The position numbers were made by a program, and so were the translations under genes. This document shows, piece by piece, positions 1 through 10,658 of a stretch of 46,105 nucleotides of DNA (positions are counted from its first letter, which is position 1; every line of letters begins with the position of its first letter). The DNA is from Chitinophagales bacterium (GTDB taxonomy: Bacteria > Bacteroidota > Bacteroidia > Chitinophagales > Chitinophagaceae), in assembly GCA_038210685.1 (NCBI GenBank), contig JBBQWJ010000001.1, positions 1 through 46,105 on the forward strand. Reading direction: 5' to 3'. The notes under the pieces are model-generated. The model did not search any database. It was given only the letters and a program-made list of their open reading frames with translations, and had not been told where the DNA came from.

Positions 1-939
1 CTTTTTGAGTCGGTGATGAATGAAGCCATTTCGCTGGTTAAGGAATTAATGCAACTGGATGATGACCACGAAGTTTTGTTTTTGCATGGAGGCGCCACTG
101 TTCAGTTTATGCAGGTGCCCATGAATCTTTTGAATGAAAAAGAAACCGCTTCGTATGCTGATACAGGTGTGTGGAGCAGCAAAGCGATAAAAGAAGCTAA
201 TCTATTTGGAAACGTAGATGTGGTATGCAGTTCAAAGGAAAGCAATTATACTTTTATTCCAAAGGATTTCGCTGTGGCCAATGAATCAAAATATTTTCAT
301 ATTACAACCAACAATACGATTTACGGAACTCAATGGCAGCAGATTCCGAAAGTAAGTATGCCTGTAATTGCTGATATGTCCAGCGATATTTTCAGTAGAA
401 AACTCGACTTTAATTCTTTTGATTTGATATTTGCCGGCGCTCAGAAAAACATGGGAGCTGCAGGCGCGACGTTGGTCGTAGTAAACAAACAAATTCTGGG
501 AAAAGTTAAACGTGCTATTCCTGCTATTATGGATTACAGAAATCATATCAAGGCGGAAAGTATGCTTAATACGCCACCGGTTTTTGCAGTATATGTGTCC
601 ATGCTTACGCTTCGCTGGCTTAAGGAAAACGGGGGAGTGGAGGCTATGGAAAAATTAAATAATGAAAAAGCAGCTTTGCTTTATACTGCGATCGATAACA
701 GTAAAATTTTTAAAGGCACTGTGGTTAAAGAAGATCGTAGTAAGATGAACGTTTGTTTTGTGATGGATGATGCAGAAAAAGAAAAAAGCTTTCTTGATTT
801 TGCCAAACAAAATAATATCTACGGAATAAAAGGTCACCGTTCAGTGGGTGGCTTCAGGGCATCACTATACAATGCTTTGCCTTTGAGCAGTGTAAAATTC
901 CTGGTTGAAAAAATGGAAGAGTTTGAGAAGGGAATTTAA
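1..939 (+). CDS. serC: Phosphoserine aminotransferase (5'-truncated by window edge)
   Basis: Motifs LFLHGGATVQF, DMSSD, FAGAQKN (PLP lysine), NTPP and GHRSVGGFRASLYNA; frame is open from base 1. Confidence 0.95.
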   Translation, partial: LFESVMNEAISLVKELMQLDDDHEVLFLHGGATVQFMQVPMNLLNEKETASYADTGVWSSKAIKEANLFGNVDVVCSSKESNYTFIPKDFAVANESKYFHITTNNTIYGTQWQQIPKVSMPVIADMSSDIFSRKLDFNSFDLIFAGAQKNMGAAGATLVVVNKQILGKVKRAIPAIMDYRNHIKAESMLNTPPVFAVYVSMLTLRWLKENGGVEAMEKLNNEKAALLYTAIDNSKIFKGTVVKEDRSKMNVCFVMDDAEKEKSFLDFAKQNNIYGIKGHRSVGGFRASLYNALPLSSVKFLVEKMEEFEKGI

Positions 940-987
940 TCTGAATAAGTACGTTTTGGAAAATGGGAAAATATTAGTCGATTGAAT

Positions 988-995
988 TATATTTG
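988..995 (+). promoter_or_regulatory. Bacteroidota -7 promoter box (TATATTTG)
   Basis: Matches TAnnTTTG about 50 nt upstream of the ATG at 1047. Confidence 0.55.
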
Positions 996-1046
996 CAGCC
1001 CTTACAAAAATTGAATGTCTTTCCAGGCAAAAAGTTAAAATAAAAC

Positions 1047-2273
1047 ATGATATCTATTTCTCCTTTTAAAGCATTACGTCCTGAACCTCAATTTGCCAAA
1101 CAAGTTGCCTCAAGGCCTTATGATGTTTTAACCACCAAAGAAGCAAAAGTTGAAGCTGAAGGCAATCCCTATTCTTTTCTGCACATTACAAGAAGCGAGA
1201 TCGATCTTCCTGCCAATACTGATATTCACAGCCAGGAAGTCTATGAAAAAGCAAAGGAAAACCTGGATGCATTTCTCAGCCGGCCAATCCTTTTTAGCGA
1301 AAGCAAACCATGCTATTACATATACCAGTTAACGATGAACGACAAAACACAAACCGGATTGGTTTGTTGTAGTTCTGTATCAGATTATGAAGAAGGTTTG
1401 ATAAAAAAACATGAATTAACGAGGCCTGAAAAAGAACAGGACCGCATTAATCATATAAAAACTACCAGGGCTCAAACAGGTAATGTTTTTCTTGCTTTCA
1501 GGGATATTGATGAATTGAATAAGTTGATGGAAAAATGGAAAACGACCAAGAACCCGGTTTATAATTTTACAGCTGAAGATGGAATTCAGCACAGCATCTG
1601 GGTTGTAAGCGATGAGAAGATAATTGACAGGATTACGGAGATCTTTAAAACGGAAGTTAATAGTACATACATTGCTGATGGGCATCACCGCGTAGCTTCA
1701 GCAGCAAAAGTGAAATATATATTTGCTGATGATGAAGAAGCAGGACATTTTCTTTCTACTTTATTTCCTGCTTCACAGCTAAAGATCATGGATTATAACA
1801 GGGTGGTAAAAGATTTAAACGGGTTATCAGAAGAAGTATTTTTAGATCATCTAAACAAGAATTTTTCAGTTTCTAAAGTTTCAAAAGCCTTCGCTCCGCT
1901 CGAGCCCCACGAATTTGGAATGTATATGAATGGCCAGTGGTACATGCTGGCAGCATTAGGAGGAACTTATTCAACAGATCCGATCGGGATTCTTGATATT
2001 ACTATTTTGCAAAATAATTTGCTGGAACCAGTTTTAGGAATAAAAGATCAGCGTACGGATACACGTATTGATTTTGTAGGTGGAATAAGGGGTATGGGTG
2101 AATTGGAAGAGAGGGTGAACAGCGGAGAATGGAAGGTGGCGTTTAGCGTCTATCCTGTGACTATCGACCAATTATTTGATATTGCAGATACCAACAATAT
2201 TATGCCGCCTAAAAGCACCTGGTTTGAACCGAAGTTAAGAGATGGGCTTTTAACGCATCTTATCTCCTCATAA
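1047..2273 (+). CDS. DUF1015 family protein
   Basis: PYDV, KKHELT, YIADGHHR and C-terminal MPPKSTWFEPKLRDGL motifs; typical serC neighbour. Confidence 0.9.
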   Translation: MISISPFKALRPEPQFAKQVASRPYDVLTTKEAKVEAEGNPYSFLHITRSEIDLPANTDIHSQEVYEKAKENLDAFLSRPILFSESKPCYYIYQLTMNDKTQTGLVCCSSVSDYEEGLIKKHELTRPEKEQDRINHIKTTRAQTGNVFLAFRDIDELNKLMEKWKTTKNPVYNFTAEDGIQHSIWVVSDEKIIDRITEIFKTEVNSTYIADGHHRVASAAKVKYIFADDEEAGHFLSTLFPASQLKIMDYNRVVKDLNGLSEEVFLDHLNKNFSVSKVSKAFAPLEPHEFGMYMNGQWYMLAALGGTYSTDPIGILDITILQNNLLEPVLGIKDQRTDTRIDFVGGIRGMGELEERVNSGEWKVAFSVYPVTIDQLFDIADTNNIMPPKSTWFEPKLRDGLLTHLISS

Positions 2274-2367
2274 TATTTTACGGTTGAGCATTTCTTTTTT
2301 TAAGCAGTTTCTATAATTTTTTGTTTTTATAAAGATTTCCGGTTCTAAAGTATTTTATCTTTACCCG

Positions 2368-3372
2368 ATGAAAAAGATCTTATTCGCCATAATTTTCTGT
2401 ACGCTTACTGCCAGTGTAATGGCGCAACAGGAAGATGTTGACCAGCTTCATGAAAATGCAAAAGCGTTTATGCAACAGGGTGATTATGGAAATGCAACTT
2501 TGATATTAACGCGGGCGCTGCAACAGGACAAGCAAAACCTGGGAATAGCCAAAGATCTTTCAATGAGTTATTTTTTACAAAAAGAAGATCAAAAGGCATT
2601 AAACGTTATAAAACCATTTATTGATAACGATAATGCTGATGACCAGGCTTACCAGATAGCCGGAACTATTTACCGGAGGATGGGCCAGGAAAAAGAAGCT
2701 GACAAAAATTACAAAGACGCGCTAAAAAAATTCCCTAATAGTGGTGGTTTATATAATGATTATGGCGAGCTTCTTTTTAAAAACCACAATCCCGAAGCAA
2801 TAAATATGTGGGAAAAGGGAATTAAAGAGGACCCCTCTTTTGGGTATAATTATTACAACGCCAGTAAATACTATTATTATAACAGAAATTATATCTGGAG
2901 TCTTTTGTATGGCGAAACCTTTATCAATCTTGAATCTTTCACTTCCCGCACAGCAGAAATAAAAGATATTTTGCTGAACGGCTACAAAAGACTTTTTGCT
3001 GATCCTGATCTGCTAAAAAATACAAAGGATAAAAGCGCTTTTGAAATTGCTTTTTTAACCTCTATGAATAAGCAGAATGATATAGTGATACGCGGTATCA
3101 ATCCTGAAACGCTTACCATGATCAGGACGAGGTTTATACTTGATTGGAACAGAAATTACGCTCAAAAATTCCCTTTCAAACTTTTTGATCTCCAGGAACA
3201 ACTTCTCGAAAACGGGTTATTTTCCGCCTATAACCAGTGGATTTTTGGTGCCTCACAAAACCTCACTGCTTATCAAAACTGGACAAGTAATCATCCGGAA
3301 GAAGCAGAAAACTTTAAAAAATTCAAAGCCTCAAGCATTTTTAAAATCCCCAAAGGGCAAGACTATCAATAA
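2368..3372 (+). CDS. Exported tetratricopeptide-repeat protein
   Basis: N-terminal signal peptide (MKKILFAIIFCTLTASVMA) and TPR-like helical repeats. Confidence 0.75.
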   Translation: MKKILFAIIFCTLTASVMAQQEDVDQLHENAKAFMQQGDYGNATLILTRALQQDKQNLGIAKDLSMSYFLQKEDQKALNVIKPFIDNDNADDQAYQIAGTIYRRMGQEKEADKNYKDALKKFPNSGGLYNDYGELLFKNHNPEAINMWEKGIKEDPSFGYNYYNASKYYYYNRNYIWSLLYGETFINLESFTSRTAEIKDILLNGYKRLFADPDLLKNTKDKSAFEIAFLTSMNKQNDIVIRGINPETLTMIRTRFILDWNRNYAQKFPFKLFDLQEQLLENGLFSAYNQWIFGASQNLTAYQNWTSNHPEEAENFKKFKASSIFKIPKGQDYQ

Positions 3373-3493
3373 TTTTTCAAAAAATATTCCACTTTAAAGT
3401 TGCCAAACCCTTTTTTGTATATTTAATTGTTTAATTTAGAATTTCTCTAACCATACCAATAATGGTTTTGAGTATAAATTTAAAGTGCAAACA

Positions 3494-5272
3494 ATGACTC
3501 CCACACGACTATTTGATTGTATTGAGATGCAGTTAAAAGATGCACCGAACCACACTATGTTGGCTGGAAAAGAAAATGGACAATGGAAAGAATATACAAC
3601 TGTAGAAGTATCTGAAATTGTAAATAAGCTGAGTTCGGGTTTACTATATTCAGGCATTGCGCCGGGCGATTTTTCTATTGAAGGGAGGGATAAGGTGGCT
3701 GTTATTTCCAAAAACCGGCCTGAATGGGTGATGCTTGACCTGGCGGTTCAGCGGGTAGGTGCTGTGTTGGTTCCGGTTTATCCTACCATCAGTGATATTG
3801 AACTGGAGTTCATTTTAAAAGATGCCAACGTAAAATTAGTTTTTGTAAACGACTACGAATTATTTGAAAAAGCCAACCGTATAAAAGGCAATCTTCCGAA
3901 TCTTAAAGAAATTATTTCGTTTGAAGAAATTGACGACGTAAAACATTGGAAAGAACTGTTGCTGCCTCTTACAGAAAATATTCTTGGCGAAATTCAAATT
4001 ATTTCAGATAAAATAAAATCGGAGGATCTTGCTACAATAATTTATACCTCAGGCACCACGGGAACTCCAAAAGGAGTAATGCTATCACACCGAAATATTT
4101 TAAGTAATGTTATGGATAGTATGCCTTGTTTCCCACCGGGAGAAAATATGAAAGCGCTGAGTTTTTTGCCTCTTAATCACATATTTGAGCGAATGATCAG
4201 CTTTTTGTATTTGTTTAAAGGAACAAGCATTTTTTTTGCAGAAAGTATTGATACCATTCCTCAGAACCTGAAAGAGGTTTGCCCTGATATATTTGCAACA
4301 GTTCCAAGATTATTAGAAAAAGTGTATGAGAAAATAATGGATAAAGGCAGTGAATTAAAAGGGATAAAGAGAAGATTATTTTTTTGGGCGCATCGGCTTG
4401 GATTAAAATATGATGTAAATAAAAATCTTGGATTTCTTTATAATCTTCAATTGGCGCTGGCTAATAAATTGATTTTTAATAAATGGCGCGAGGCGCTTGG
4501 GAATAATATTGTATGCATCATCAGCGGCGGTGCTGCCTGCCAGGTGAGGCTTTTAAAGATTTTTACGGCAGCTAAACTTCCAATAATGGAAGGCTATGGC
4601 CTTACTGAAACTTCACCGGTGATAAGCGTGAATCGCTTTGAAGAAAGTGGAAGAATGCTGGGAACCGTTGGCCCTCTAATTGAAAACGTGGAAGTAAAAT
4701 TTGGTGAAGACGGAGAAATTTTATGTAAGGGGCCTAATGTGATGTTGGGGTACTATAAACATCCGGAATTGACTGCTGAATGCATGCAGGACGGATGGTT
4801 TAAAACCGGCGACATAGGAGTGATGATTGGCGATTTTTTAAAAATTACTGATCGTAAGAAAGAAATTTTTAAAACCAGCGGTGGAAAATATGTAGCTCCG
4901 ATAGCTATTGAAAATAAATTAAAGGAGTCGAGATTTATAGAAAATATAATGGTGCTGGGCGCAGGCGAAAAATTTGTGAGCGCTTTGATAGTTCCTTCAT
5001 TTCCCAATTTAAAAACCTGGTGTAGTGCGAATGATATTGATTGTACTGATAAGTATAAAGCAGTTAACAATCCGCAGGTTAAAGAATTCTTTCAAAAGGA
5101 AATTGCGCGTTATGATAAATTTTTCAGTCATGTAGAACTGGTAAAGAAATTCGAATTACTTCCCAATGAATGGTCTACTGCAAATGGCGAACTAACACCA
5201 AAACTTAGTTTAAGGCGCAAAGTAATAATGGAAAAAAATAAAGAAGCGATCAGGAACATTTATTCGGTTTAG
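3494..5272 (+). CDS. Long-chain fatty-acid--CoA ligase (AMP-binding)
   Basis: IIYTSGTTGTPKG, EGYGLTET and GWFKTGDIG motifs; ATG at 3494 preferred over GTG at 3485. Confidence 0.92.
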   Translation: MTPTRLFDCIEMQLKDAPNHTMLAGKENGQWKEYTTVEVSEIVNKLSSGLLYSGIAPGDFSIEGRDKVAVISKNRPEWVMLDLAVQRVGAVLVPVYPTISDIELEFILKDANVKLVFVNDYELFEKANRIKGNLPNLKEIISFEEIDDVKHWKELLLPLTENILGEIQIISDKIKSEDLATIIYTSGTTGTPKGVMLSHRNILSNVMDSMPCFPPGENMKALSFLPLNHIFERMISFLYLFKGTSIFFAESIDTIPQNLKEVCPDIFATVPRLLEKVYEKIMDKGSELKGIKRRLFFWAHRLGLKYDVNKNLGFLYNLQLALANKLIFNKWREALGNNIVCIISGGAACQVRLLKIFTAAKLPIMEGYGLTETSPVISVNRFEESGRMLGTVGPLIENVEVKFGEDGEILCKGPNVMLGYYKHPELTAECMQDGWFKTGDIGVMIGDFLKITDRKKEIFKTSGGKYVAPIAIENKLKESRFIENIMVLGAGEKFVSALIVPSFPNLKTWCSANDIDCTDKYKAVNNPQVKEFFQKEIARYDKFFSHVELVKKFELLPNEWSTANGELTPKLSLRRKVIMEKNKEAIRNIYSV

Positions 5273-5319
5273 ACAGTAAACCAACAAATATTCCTGTTTT
5301 TTAATTTACTGAATGGCAA

Positions 5320-5670
5320 TTAAAAAATTTGCGCTTCTTCCTTTTCTGCAACGGGTATTTTTCGCAGGAAGTCATCATAATCTCCATCATGATCACTATT
5401 TGCTCCATACACATCTATGGTGTAACCAATTAATCCATCGGTTGCTTCTATTAAATAAATAGCTGAATTGTCTTCAGGATCTGACTCACCTTCAAAACGA
5501 TACGTTCTGATGATCTTTAACTCTTCAGGTTGATAAGTTTTACCTTTCCCTGCAGTAAACCCTTCTTCATTCATTTTGAATTCATTATCAATTTTTTTCA
5601 GGCGCAATTTTTCCAATACACCTGTCATCGTCGTCATGTGGGTTTTAAACTCCTGGCTTGAATGTATCAT
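5320..5670 (-). CDS. Conserved Bacteroidota hypothetical protein (YRFEGESDP family)
   Basis: YRFEGESDPEDNSAIYLIE...DVYG motif; function unknown. Confidence 0.75.
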   Translation of the reverse strand: MIHSSQEFKTHMTTMTGVLEKLRLKKIDNEFKMNEEGFTAGKGKTYQPEELKIIRTYRFEGESDPEDNSAIYLIEATDGLIGYTIDVYGANSDHDGDYDDFLRKIPVAEKEEAQIF

Positions 5671-5741
5671 AAAAAAGAATTTGTTTAGTCAATATTGTTT
5701 TTATCTACACGACAAATTACATACCGAAAAGCGCTTAAAAT

Positions 5742-5774
5742 AAAAATCCCCAATAAAGGGATTTTATTGGGGAT
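5742..5774 (-). terminator. Rho-independent terminator after the response regulator
   Basis: Perfect 12-bp stem ATCCCCAATAAA/TTTATTGGGGAT (5746-5774), 5-nt loop, T-tract on the minus strand. Confidence 0.7.
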
Positions 5775-5795
5775 AATATATTTTTATGAATCAGT

Positions 5796-7223
5796 TTACA
5801 ATGATTCGTAGATCTTAATTTTATTATACAAAGTTTTGCGGTCAATCTTAAGTATCTCTGCTGCTTTTGTTTTGTTGAAATTTACGTCTTTCAACACATT
5901 CATAATGGTTTCATATTCAGCTTTTGCTGCAGCATCTTTTAAATCCACTTCTTTTACTCCAACATTTTGAACAAGTGAAATATCTTCTGAACCATTGGTA
6001 TGAGTCTCCGGCCGCGTTGGTGACTGGGTAATCTCCCATGGAAGAACTTTTGAATTTATCTTTCCAGAGGGCGTAAGCAAAACCGCACGGCGCACTACGT
6101 TTCTAAACTCTCTAAGATTACCTGGCCACGCATAATTTAAAAACATTTGTTCTACATCTTCTTCGTAACCTTCTATATTTTTTTGTAATTCTTCATTTGT
6201 TTTATCCAGAAAAAATTGGGCAAATAGCGGAATATCGTCTTTTCTTTTTCTTAACGAGGGCAGGTTGATTGAAAATTCATTGAACCTATGGTAAAGATCT
6301 TCACGGAATTTTCCTTTTTGGTAAGCCTCCTGTAGGTTTTCATTAGAGGCAACTATGATGCGCACGTCAACATCCATTTCTTTGGTTCCACCCACTCTTT
6401 TATATTTTCTTTCCTGTATCACGCGCAGTAACGAAGCTTGCACATCTCTGGAAAGGTTAGAAACCTCGTCGAGGAATAAAGTGCCACCGTTGGCCAATTC
6501 AAAATGACCCTCTTTATCTGTAACAGCACCGGTAAAAGCTCCCTTTACGTGGCCAAAAAGTTCACTTCCTGATAATTCTTTTGACAATGTGCCACAATCC
6601 ATCGCGATGAAAGGTTTGCCTTTGCGCTTACTACCTTCGTGAATGGTTTTCGCGATCACTTCTTTACCTGTTCCGCTTTCTCCATATAAAATAACGCTAT
6701 AATTGGTAGGTGCTACCATTTCAATTTGCCGGTAAATTTTTGCAGTCTCTGTATCCTGACCAATCAGGTATTCGTTATTGGACGAAAGCTCGTATATTTT
6801 TTTCTTTCCTGCAGATTGGGAAGGTGACTTTTGCTGTTGGGCTGCTTGTTGGATAACAACTGGTGCGGCAATCGCTTTTTCGATCACATTGATCACCTCA
6901 TCCGGGATAAGTGGTTTTGTAATATAATCGAAAGCGCCCAGTTTAATTACATCAACCGCTATTTTAATATCCGAATAACCGGTAATGATAATTACAATGG
7001 TTTTCGGCTTTGCTTCCTTGATCTTCATTAATACCTCTTTCCCGTCTTTATCACCAAGACGAAAATCACATAACACAATATCAAAGTGAAACTCATTGAA
7101 TTTAGCCAGACCTTTCGATGCATTGTGCGCTACTTCAGTGCTATAGCCCTTTTTATCAAGGAAACGGCTCAGGAGAGTACACATGTCGAAATCGTCATCA
7201 ATAATAAGTATCTTTTTGTTCAT
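5796..7223 (-). CDS. Sigma54-dependent response regulator (NtrC family, REC-AAA+-HTH)
   Basis: Receiver domain (IIDDD...), GESGTGKE, GAFTGA, TLFLDE, WPGNLRE and C-terminal Fis-type HTH. Confidence 0.95.
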   Translation of the reverse strand: MNKKILIIDDDFDMCTLLSRFLDKKGYSTEVAHNASKGLAKFNEFHFDIVLCDFRLGDKDGKEVLMKIKEAKPKTIVIIITGYSDIKIAVDVIKLGAFDYITKPLIPDEVINVIEKAIAAPVVIQQAAQQQKSPSQSAGKKKIYELSSNNEYLIGQDTETAKIYRQIEMVAPTNYSVILYGESGTGKEVIAKTIHEGSKRKGKPFIAMDCGTLSKELSGSELFGHVKGAFTGAVTDKEGHFELANGGTLFLDEVSNLSRDVQASLLRVIQERKYKRVGGTKEMDVDVRIIVASNENLQEAYQKGKFREDLYHRFNEFSINLPSLRKRKDDIPLFAQFFLDKTNEELQKNIEGYEEDVEQMFLNYAWPGNLREFRNVVRRAVLLTPSGKINSKVLPWEITQSPTRPETHTNGSEDISLVQNVGVKEVDLKDAAAKAEYETIMNVLKDVNFNKTKAAEILKIDRKTLYNKIKIYESL

Positions 7224-7254
7224 AAGTTTAAAATAAGCATTAAGGGCTTCAAAG

Positions 7255-8196
7255 TTAACTTAAATCTTTGTTTTTTAGTTCAGGCGAAGAAACAGTTTTT
7301 TTTTCTATTTTAATCCAGTCGGCATAATCATTAGGCGCAATATTTTTACCGTACAGTTTTGTGAAGACTTTTGTAAATTCTGCACCAAGATATAAAATAA
7401 TAGAACTATAATATACCCACACCATCAAAATAATGATTGATCCTGCGGCACCATACAGTGAAGTTAAATTACTATTTTGAATATAAAAATTAATTCCTAA
7501 TTTTCCAATTGTGAAAAACAGGGCAGTTATAAATCCGCCAAAAAGTACATCTTTCCAGCGGATTTTTGCATCTGGCAATACTTTAAAAATAAAAGCAAAT
7601 AAAAAGGTAGTCACGAGGAAGGAAAGTATGGCTTCAGATGCCTGGATGAAATAGACACTGTAACCGGCTATAAACTTTCCTATCAGTTTGCCAAAAGCTG
7701 CAACCAGCGCGTTAAGCAGTATTGACACGAGCATTATCAATCCCATACTTAGTATTAAAGAGAAGGACAACAATCGGGTAAGAATCAATTTCCACCATAC
7801 TTTATGATTTTTGATCTTTAATCCCCATATTTTATTTATCGAATCCTGTATTTCGCCAAAAATGCTGGTGGCGGCTATCAATAAAATAATGAGACTTAAA
7901 ACGGTTGCAAAAAAACTGTTCTTACTCAAATGAATATTCTTAATAAGATCCTGTATCTCAATTGCAACATTACTTCCAACAAGATTGTTAAGTTGTACAT
8001 AAACTCTTCCCTGCATTGCTTCTTTGCCGAACAAAAATCCAAATAAAGTAGTGAGAACCACCAATAATGGAGCGATTGAAAATACCGTATAATAAGCAAG
8101 CGAAGCGCTGTATTTAAGTAGATTATCTGCAGAAAATTCCCTTGAAACTTCTTTTATAACCAACACGAATGACGATAAGTTTTTTTTCAACGGCAT
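7255..8196 (-). CDS. YihY/BrkB family membrane protein
   Basis: SASLAYYTVFSIAP and YGAAGSIIILMVWVYYSSIILYLGAE motifs; multiple TM segments. Confidence 0.92.
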   Translation of the reverse strand: MPLKKNLSSFVLVIKEVSREFSADNLLKYSASLAYYTVFSIAPLLVVLTTLFGFLFGKEAMQGRVYVQLNNLVGSNVAIEIQDLIKNIHLSKNSFFATVLSLIILLIAATSIFGEIQDSINKIWGLKIKNHKVWWKLILTRLLSFSLILSMGLIMLVSILLNALVAAFGKLIGKFIAGYSVYFIQASEAILSFLVTTFLFAFIFKVLPDAKIRWKDVLFGGFITALFFTIGKLGINFYIQNSNLTSLYGAAGSIIILMVWVYYSSIILYLGAEFTKVFTKLYGKNIAPNDYADWIKIEKKTVSSPELKNKDLS

Positions 8197-8526
8197 CTAA
8201 AATTTTTTATAAAGGGAAATTTAAAGTTACTGCAAAAGAATTTGGAACAAGTAAACGCTTGCTTCCTTTAATTAAAAACTAAAAATGATCGGCTTGCTTT
8301 TACTCAAATATATTGTGCGTTTATAAAAGTCGGTTAAATATGAAAAAATGCTCATTTCGTGGAGGGATTTCCCCGAGCATAAGTGTGTTCTGTTATTTGT
8401 AAATGCCTTATTTTATAGGTGTTTATACGGAAAGAGGATTTATTTTTTCAAATAAAATGTCTTTGGCAAACTTTTGAATATTATGATTACTGTAAATAAA
8501 ATTTCAACATTTTAAAACAAAACAAA

Positions 8527-8676
8527 ATGAGTAGTCTTTTATATGTCATCGCAGTAATTCTTGTAATCATTTGGGTGCTTTCTTTTTTGGTATACCATGT
8601 TACAGGAGGCTTAATCCACATCTTATTAGTCATAGCTATTATTGCAATCATTATGGGAGTTATACGTCGTGCATAA
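8527..8676 (+). CDS. lmo0937-like small membrane protein, copy 1 (49 aa; not in ORF track)
   Basis: Manual translation MSSLLYVIAVILVIIWVLSFLVYHVTGGLIHILLVIAIIAIIMGVIRRA; GGLIHILLVIA signature. Confidence 0.85.
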   Translation: MSSLLYVIAVILVIIWVLSFLVYHVTGGLIHILLVIAIIAIIMGVIRRA

Positions 8677-8772
8677 TTTCTCTTTAAAAAATTGAAAACA
8701 GGAATCTTAATTATTTATTTATTTGCTGTGCACTTTTCTTTAAATGTATTTAAAAACTAAAAATTAAAAAAA

Positions 8773-8922
8773 ATGGGAAATTTATTGTATGTCATCGCTG
8801 TGGTTCTAATAATTATTTGGGCCATAAGCTTTTTAGGCGGCTTTTATACAGGCGGCCTGATTCATATTTTATTAGTAATTGCTGTGATAGCAATTCTTTT
8901 AAGAGTCATCAGATCTGCTTAA
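8773..8922 (+). CDS. lmo0937-like small membrane protein, copy 2 (49 aa; not in ORF track)
   Basis: Manual translation MGNLLYVIAVVLIIIWAISFLGGFYTGGLIHILLVIAVIAILLRVIRSA. Confidence 0.85.
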   Translation: MGNLLYVIAVVLIIIWAISFLGGFYTGGLIHILLVIAVIAILLRVIRSA

Positions 8923-8947
8923 TTATTAAAAATCTAAAAACAAAATT

Positions 8948-9139
8948 ATGGAAGACTGGAAATTAAAATTAAAAGGTAACTGGAACGAATTGAAAGGGAA
9001 AATGAAGCAGGAATACGGGAAACTTACCGAAGACGATTTGAAACGGGAAGAAGGTAAAGATGATGAATTTTTAGGAAGACTACAACAAAAACTTGGAAAA
9101 ACAAAAGACGAAGTGATCAACTGGATTCAAGACCTGTAA
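8948..9139 (+). CDS. csbD: CsbD family general stress protein
   Basis: [23 protein letters not shown]...[10 protein letters not shown] motif. Confidence 0.9.
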   Translation: MEDWKLKLKGNWNELKGKMKQEYGKLTEDDLKREEGKDDEFLGRLQQKLGKTKDEVINWIQDL

Positions 9140-9160
9140 GTTTACCGGGATAAAAAATAC

Positions 9161-9193
9161 AAAACCTCATTCATTATGTTTGAGGTTTTTTTT
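9161..9193. terminator. Probable bidirectional terminator between csbD and the sensor kinase
   Basis: AAAACCTCA-N11-TGAGGTTTT followed by a T-run, between convergent genes. Confidence 0.6.
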
Positions 9194-9213
9194 GCTTCAA
9201 TAAAATTAATAAA

Positions 9214-10620
9214 TCATTTATCCTCAGTACTATTAAAGGTGATAGTAAATGAAGTTCCTTTGCCCACTTCACTTTCAGCAGAGATGCTTCCTTTGTGGCC
9301 AATGATAATATTTTGAGAATTTGCGAGGCCAAGGCCGGTTCCTTTTTCTTTTGTGGTAAAATAAGGTTCGAATAAGCGATCTAATTCCCTTTTTTTCATT
9401 CCCTTTCCATTGTCTGTTATCTTCACCACGCATTTTCCCTCCATGGATTCTGTAGTTATTTTTAAAATCCCATTCTCACCCATAGCTTCTAATGCATTAA
9501 CAATGATATTTAAAAATGCAATTTTTATTTTTTCAATATCTACAGGTAATGAGCACACATTCTTATCATAATTTTTAATCACTTTTATCTTGTTCAACTG
9601 AATTCTGTCGAGAGCCAATTCCAGGCTTGCATCAAGAATTTCATTGATGGAAGCCAACGAAAAACTAAGCTCTGCTCTCGTTGTAGCCAGGAGATCAGAT
9701 ACGAGTTGGTTAATCCGGTCTGAATTGCGGTTAATCATATCAAAAAATATATCAGAATCTTCATTCCCTACTTCAGAGCGTAACTGTTCACACGCCAGAT
9801 TAATGTTCGTGAGCGGATTTCTTACCTCATGCGCCATTACACGCGCAATCCGTCCTGTTACCATATATTTTTCAAGCTGCCTTAGTTCAATTAATTCTGC
9901 ATTTAGTTTAGCCAGTTGGTCTACTCTTTCTTGCAACTCTTCTTTGTATTCCCCTGCTTTTTTAGAAGCGATGTTTTTTTCTTTATTCTCTTTATTATAC
10001 ACCACCAGCGAATAAATCGTAAGCATAACTGCAATTACAATTGAAAGAACATTAAGTATTTGTATAAGGCCTGAATATTGAGAAATTTTGTCTGACCAAT
10101 CAGTTCTTAAATGAATTTCTTCCTGCTTCATTTTAAAGATCATGGCATCAATTGCCATAGAATTAGCAATACCTTGCTCACTTCCGTTCAAATTGAACGA
10201 AGTGATATTTTGTCCTGACGGCGGCTTGGATATGATATTTTCAATCCAATTGTATCTTTCCTGGATGAGATCATGAAGTGTATCCAGATTTTCTTGCTGG
10301 CTTTCATTTCGGATTGTAAGTACTTTTAGTTTCGAAAAAATGCTGTCAGTTTTTTCTTTGCTCACCTTATATTTCGTAAGCGGTATCTTTTCATTTGTGA
10401 TGAGGTAACCTCTAAAGGAGGATTCTCCATTGCTGATAAAACCTAGAATATTATCAAGGTTGTGGATCACTTCATTGGTATGATCCATCCAAAAATCCTG
10501 TATGGATACTTTCCTGGTTGAAATAAAAGTAAGCGCATAAGAAATGAATAAGAGAAAGATGGCAGCAAAGAAACCAACTCGTGGTCGCTTAGTAATCCTA
10601 TTTAAAATTTTTTTGACCAT
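9214..10620 (-). CDS. Membrane sensor histidine kinase (CHASE3-like sensor domain)
   Basis: Two TM segments flanking a HTNEV...ESSFRGYLIT domain; H-box AHEVRNPL, N-box NALEAM, G boxes DNGKG and GTGLGL. Confidence 0.92.
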   Translation of the reverse strand: MVKKILNRITKRPRVGFFAAIFLLFISYALTFISTRKVSIQDFWMDHTNEVIHNLDNILGFISNGESSFRGYLITNEKIPLTKYKVSKEKTDSIFSKLKVLTIRNESQQENLDTLHDLIQERYNWIENIISKPPSGQNITSFNLNGSEQGIANSMAIDAMIFKMKQEEIHLRTDWSDKISQYSGLIQILNVLSIVIAVMLTIYSLVVYNKENKEKNIASKKAGEYKEELQERVDQLAKLNAELIELRQLEKYMVTGRIARVMAHEVRNPLTNINLACEQLRSEVGNEDSDIFFDMINRNSDRINQLVSDLLATTRAELSFSLASINEILDASLELALDRIQLNKIKVIKNYDKNVCSLPVDIEKIKIAFLNIIVNALEAMGENGILKITTESMEGKCVVKITDNGKGMKKRELDRLFEPYFTTKEKGTGLGLANSQNIIIGHKGSISAESEVGKGTSFTITFNSTEDK

Positions 10621-10658
10621 TGCTTCTTTGAGATGCCTAAATATACAAAGGCTACGGC

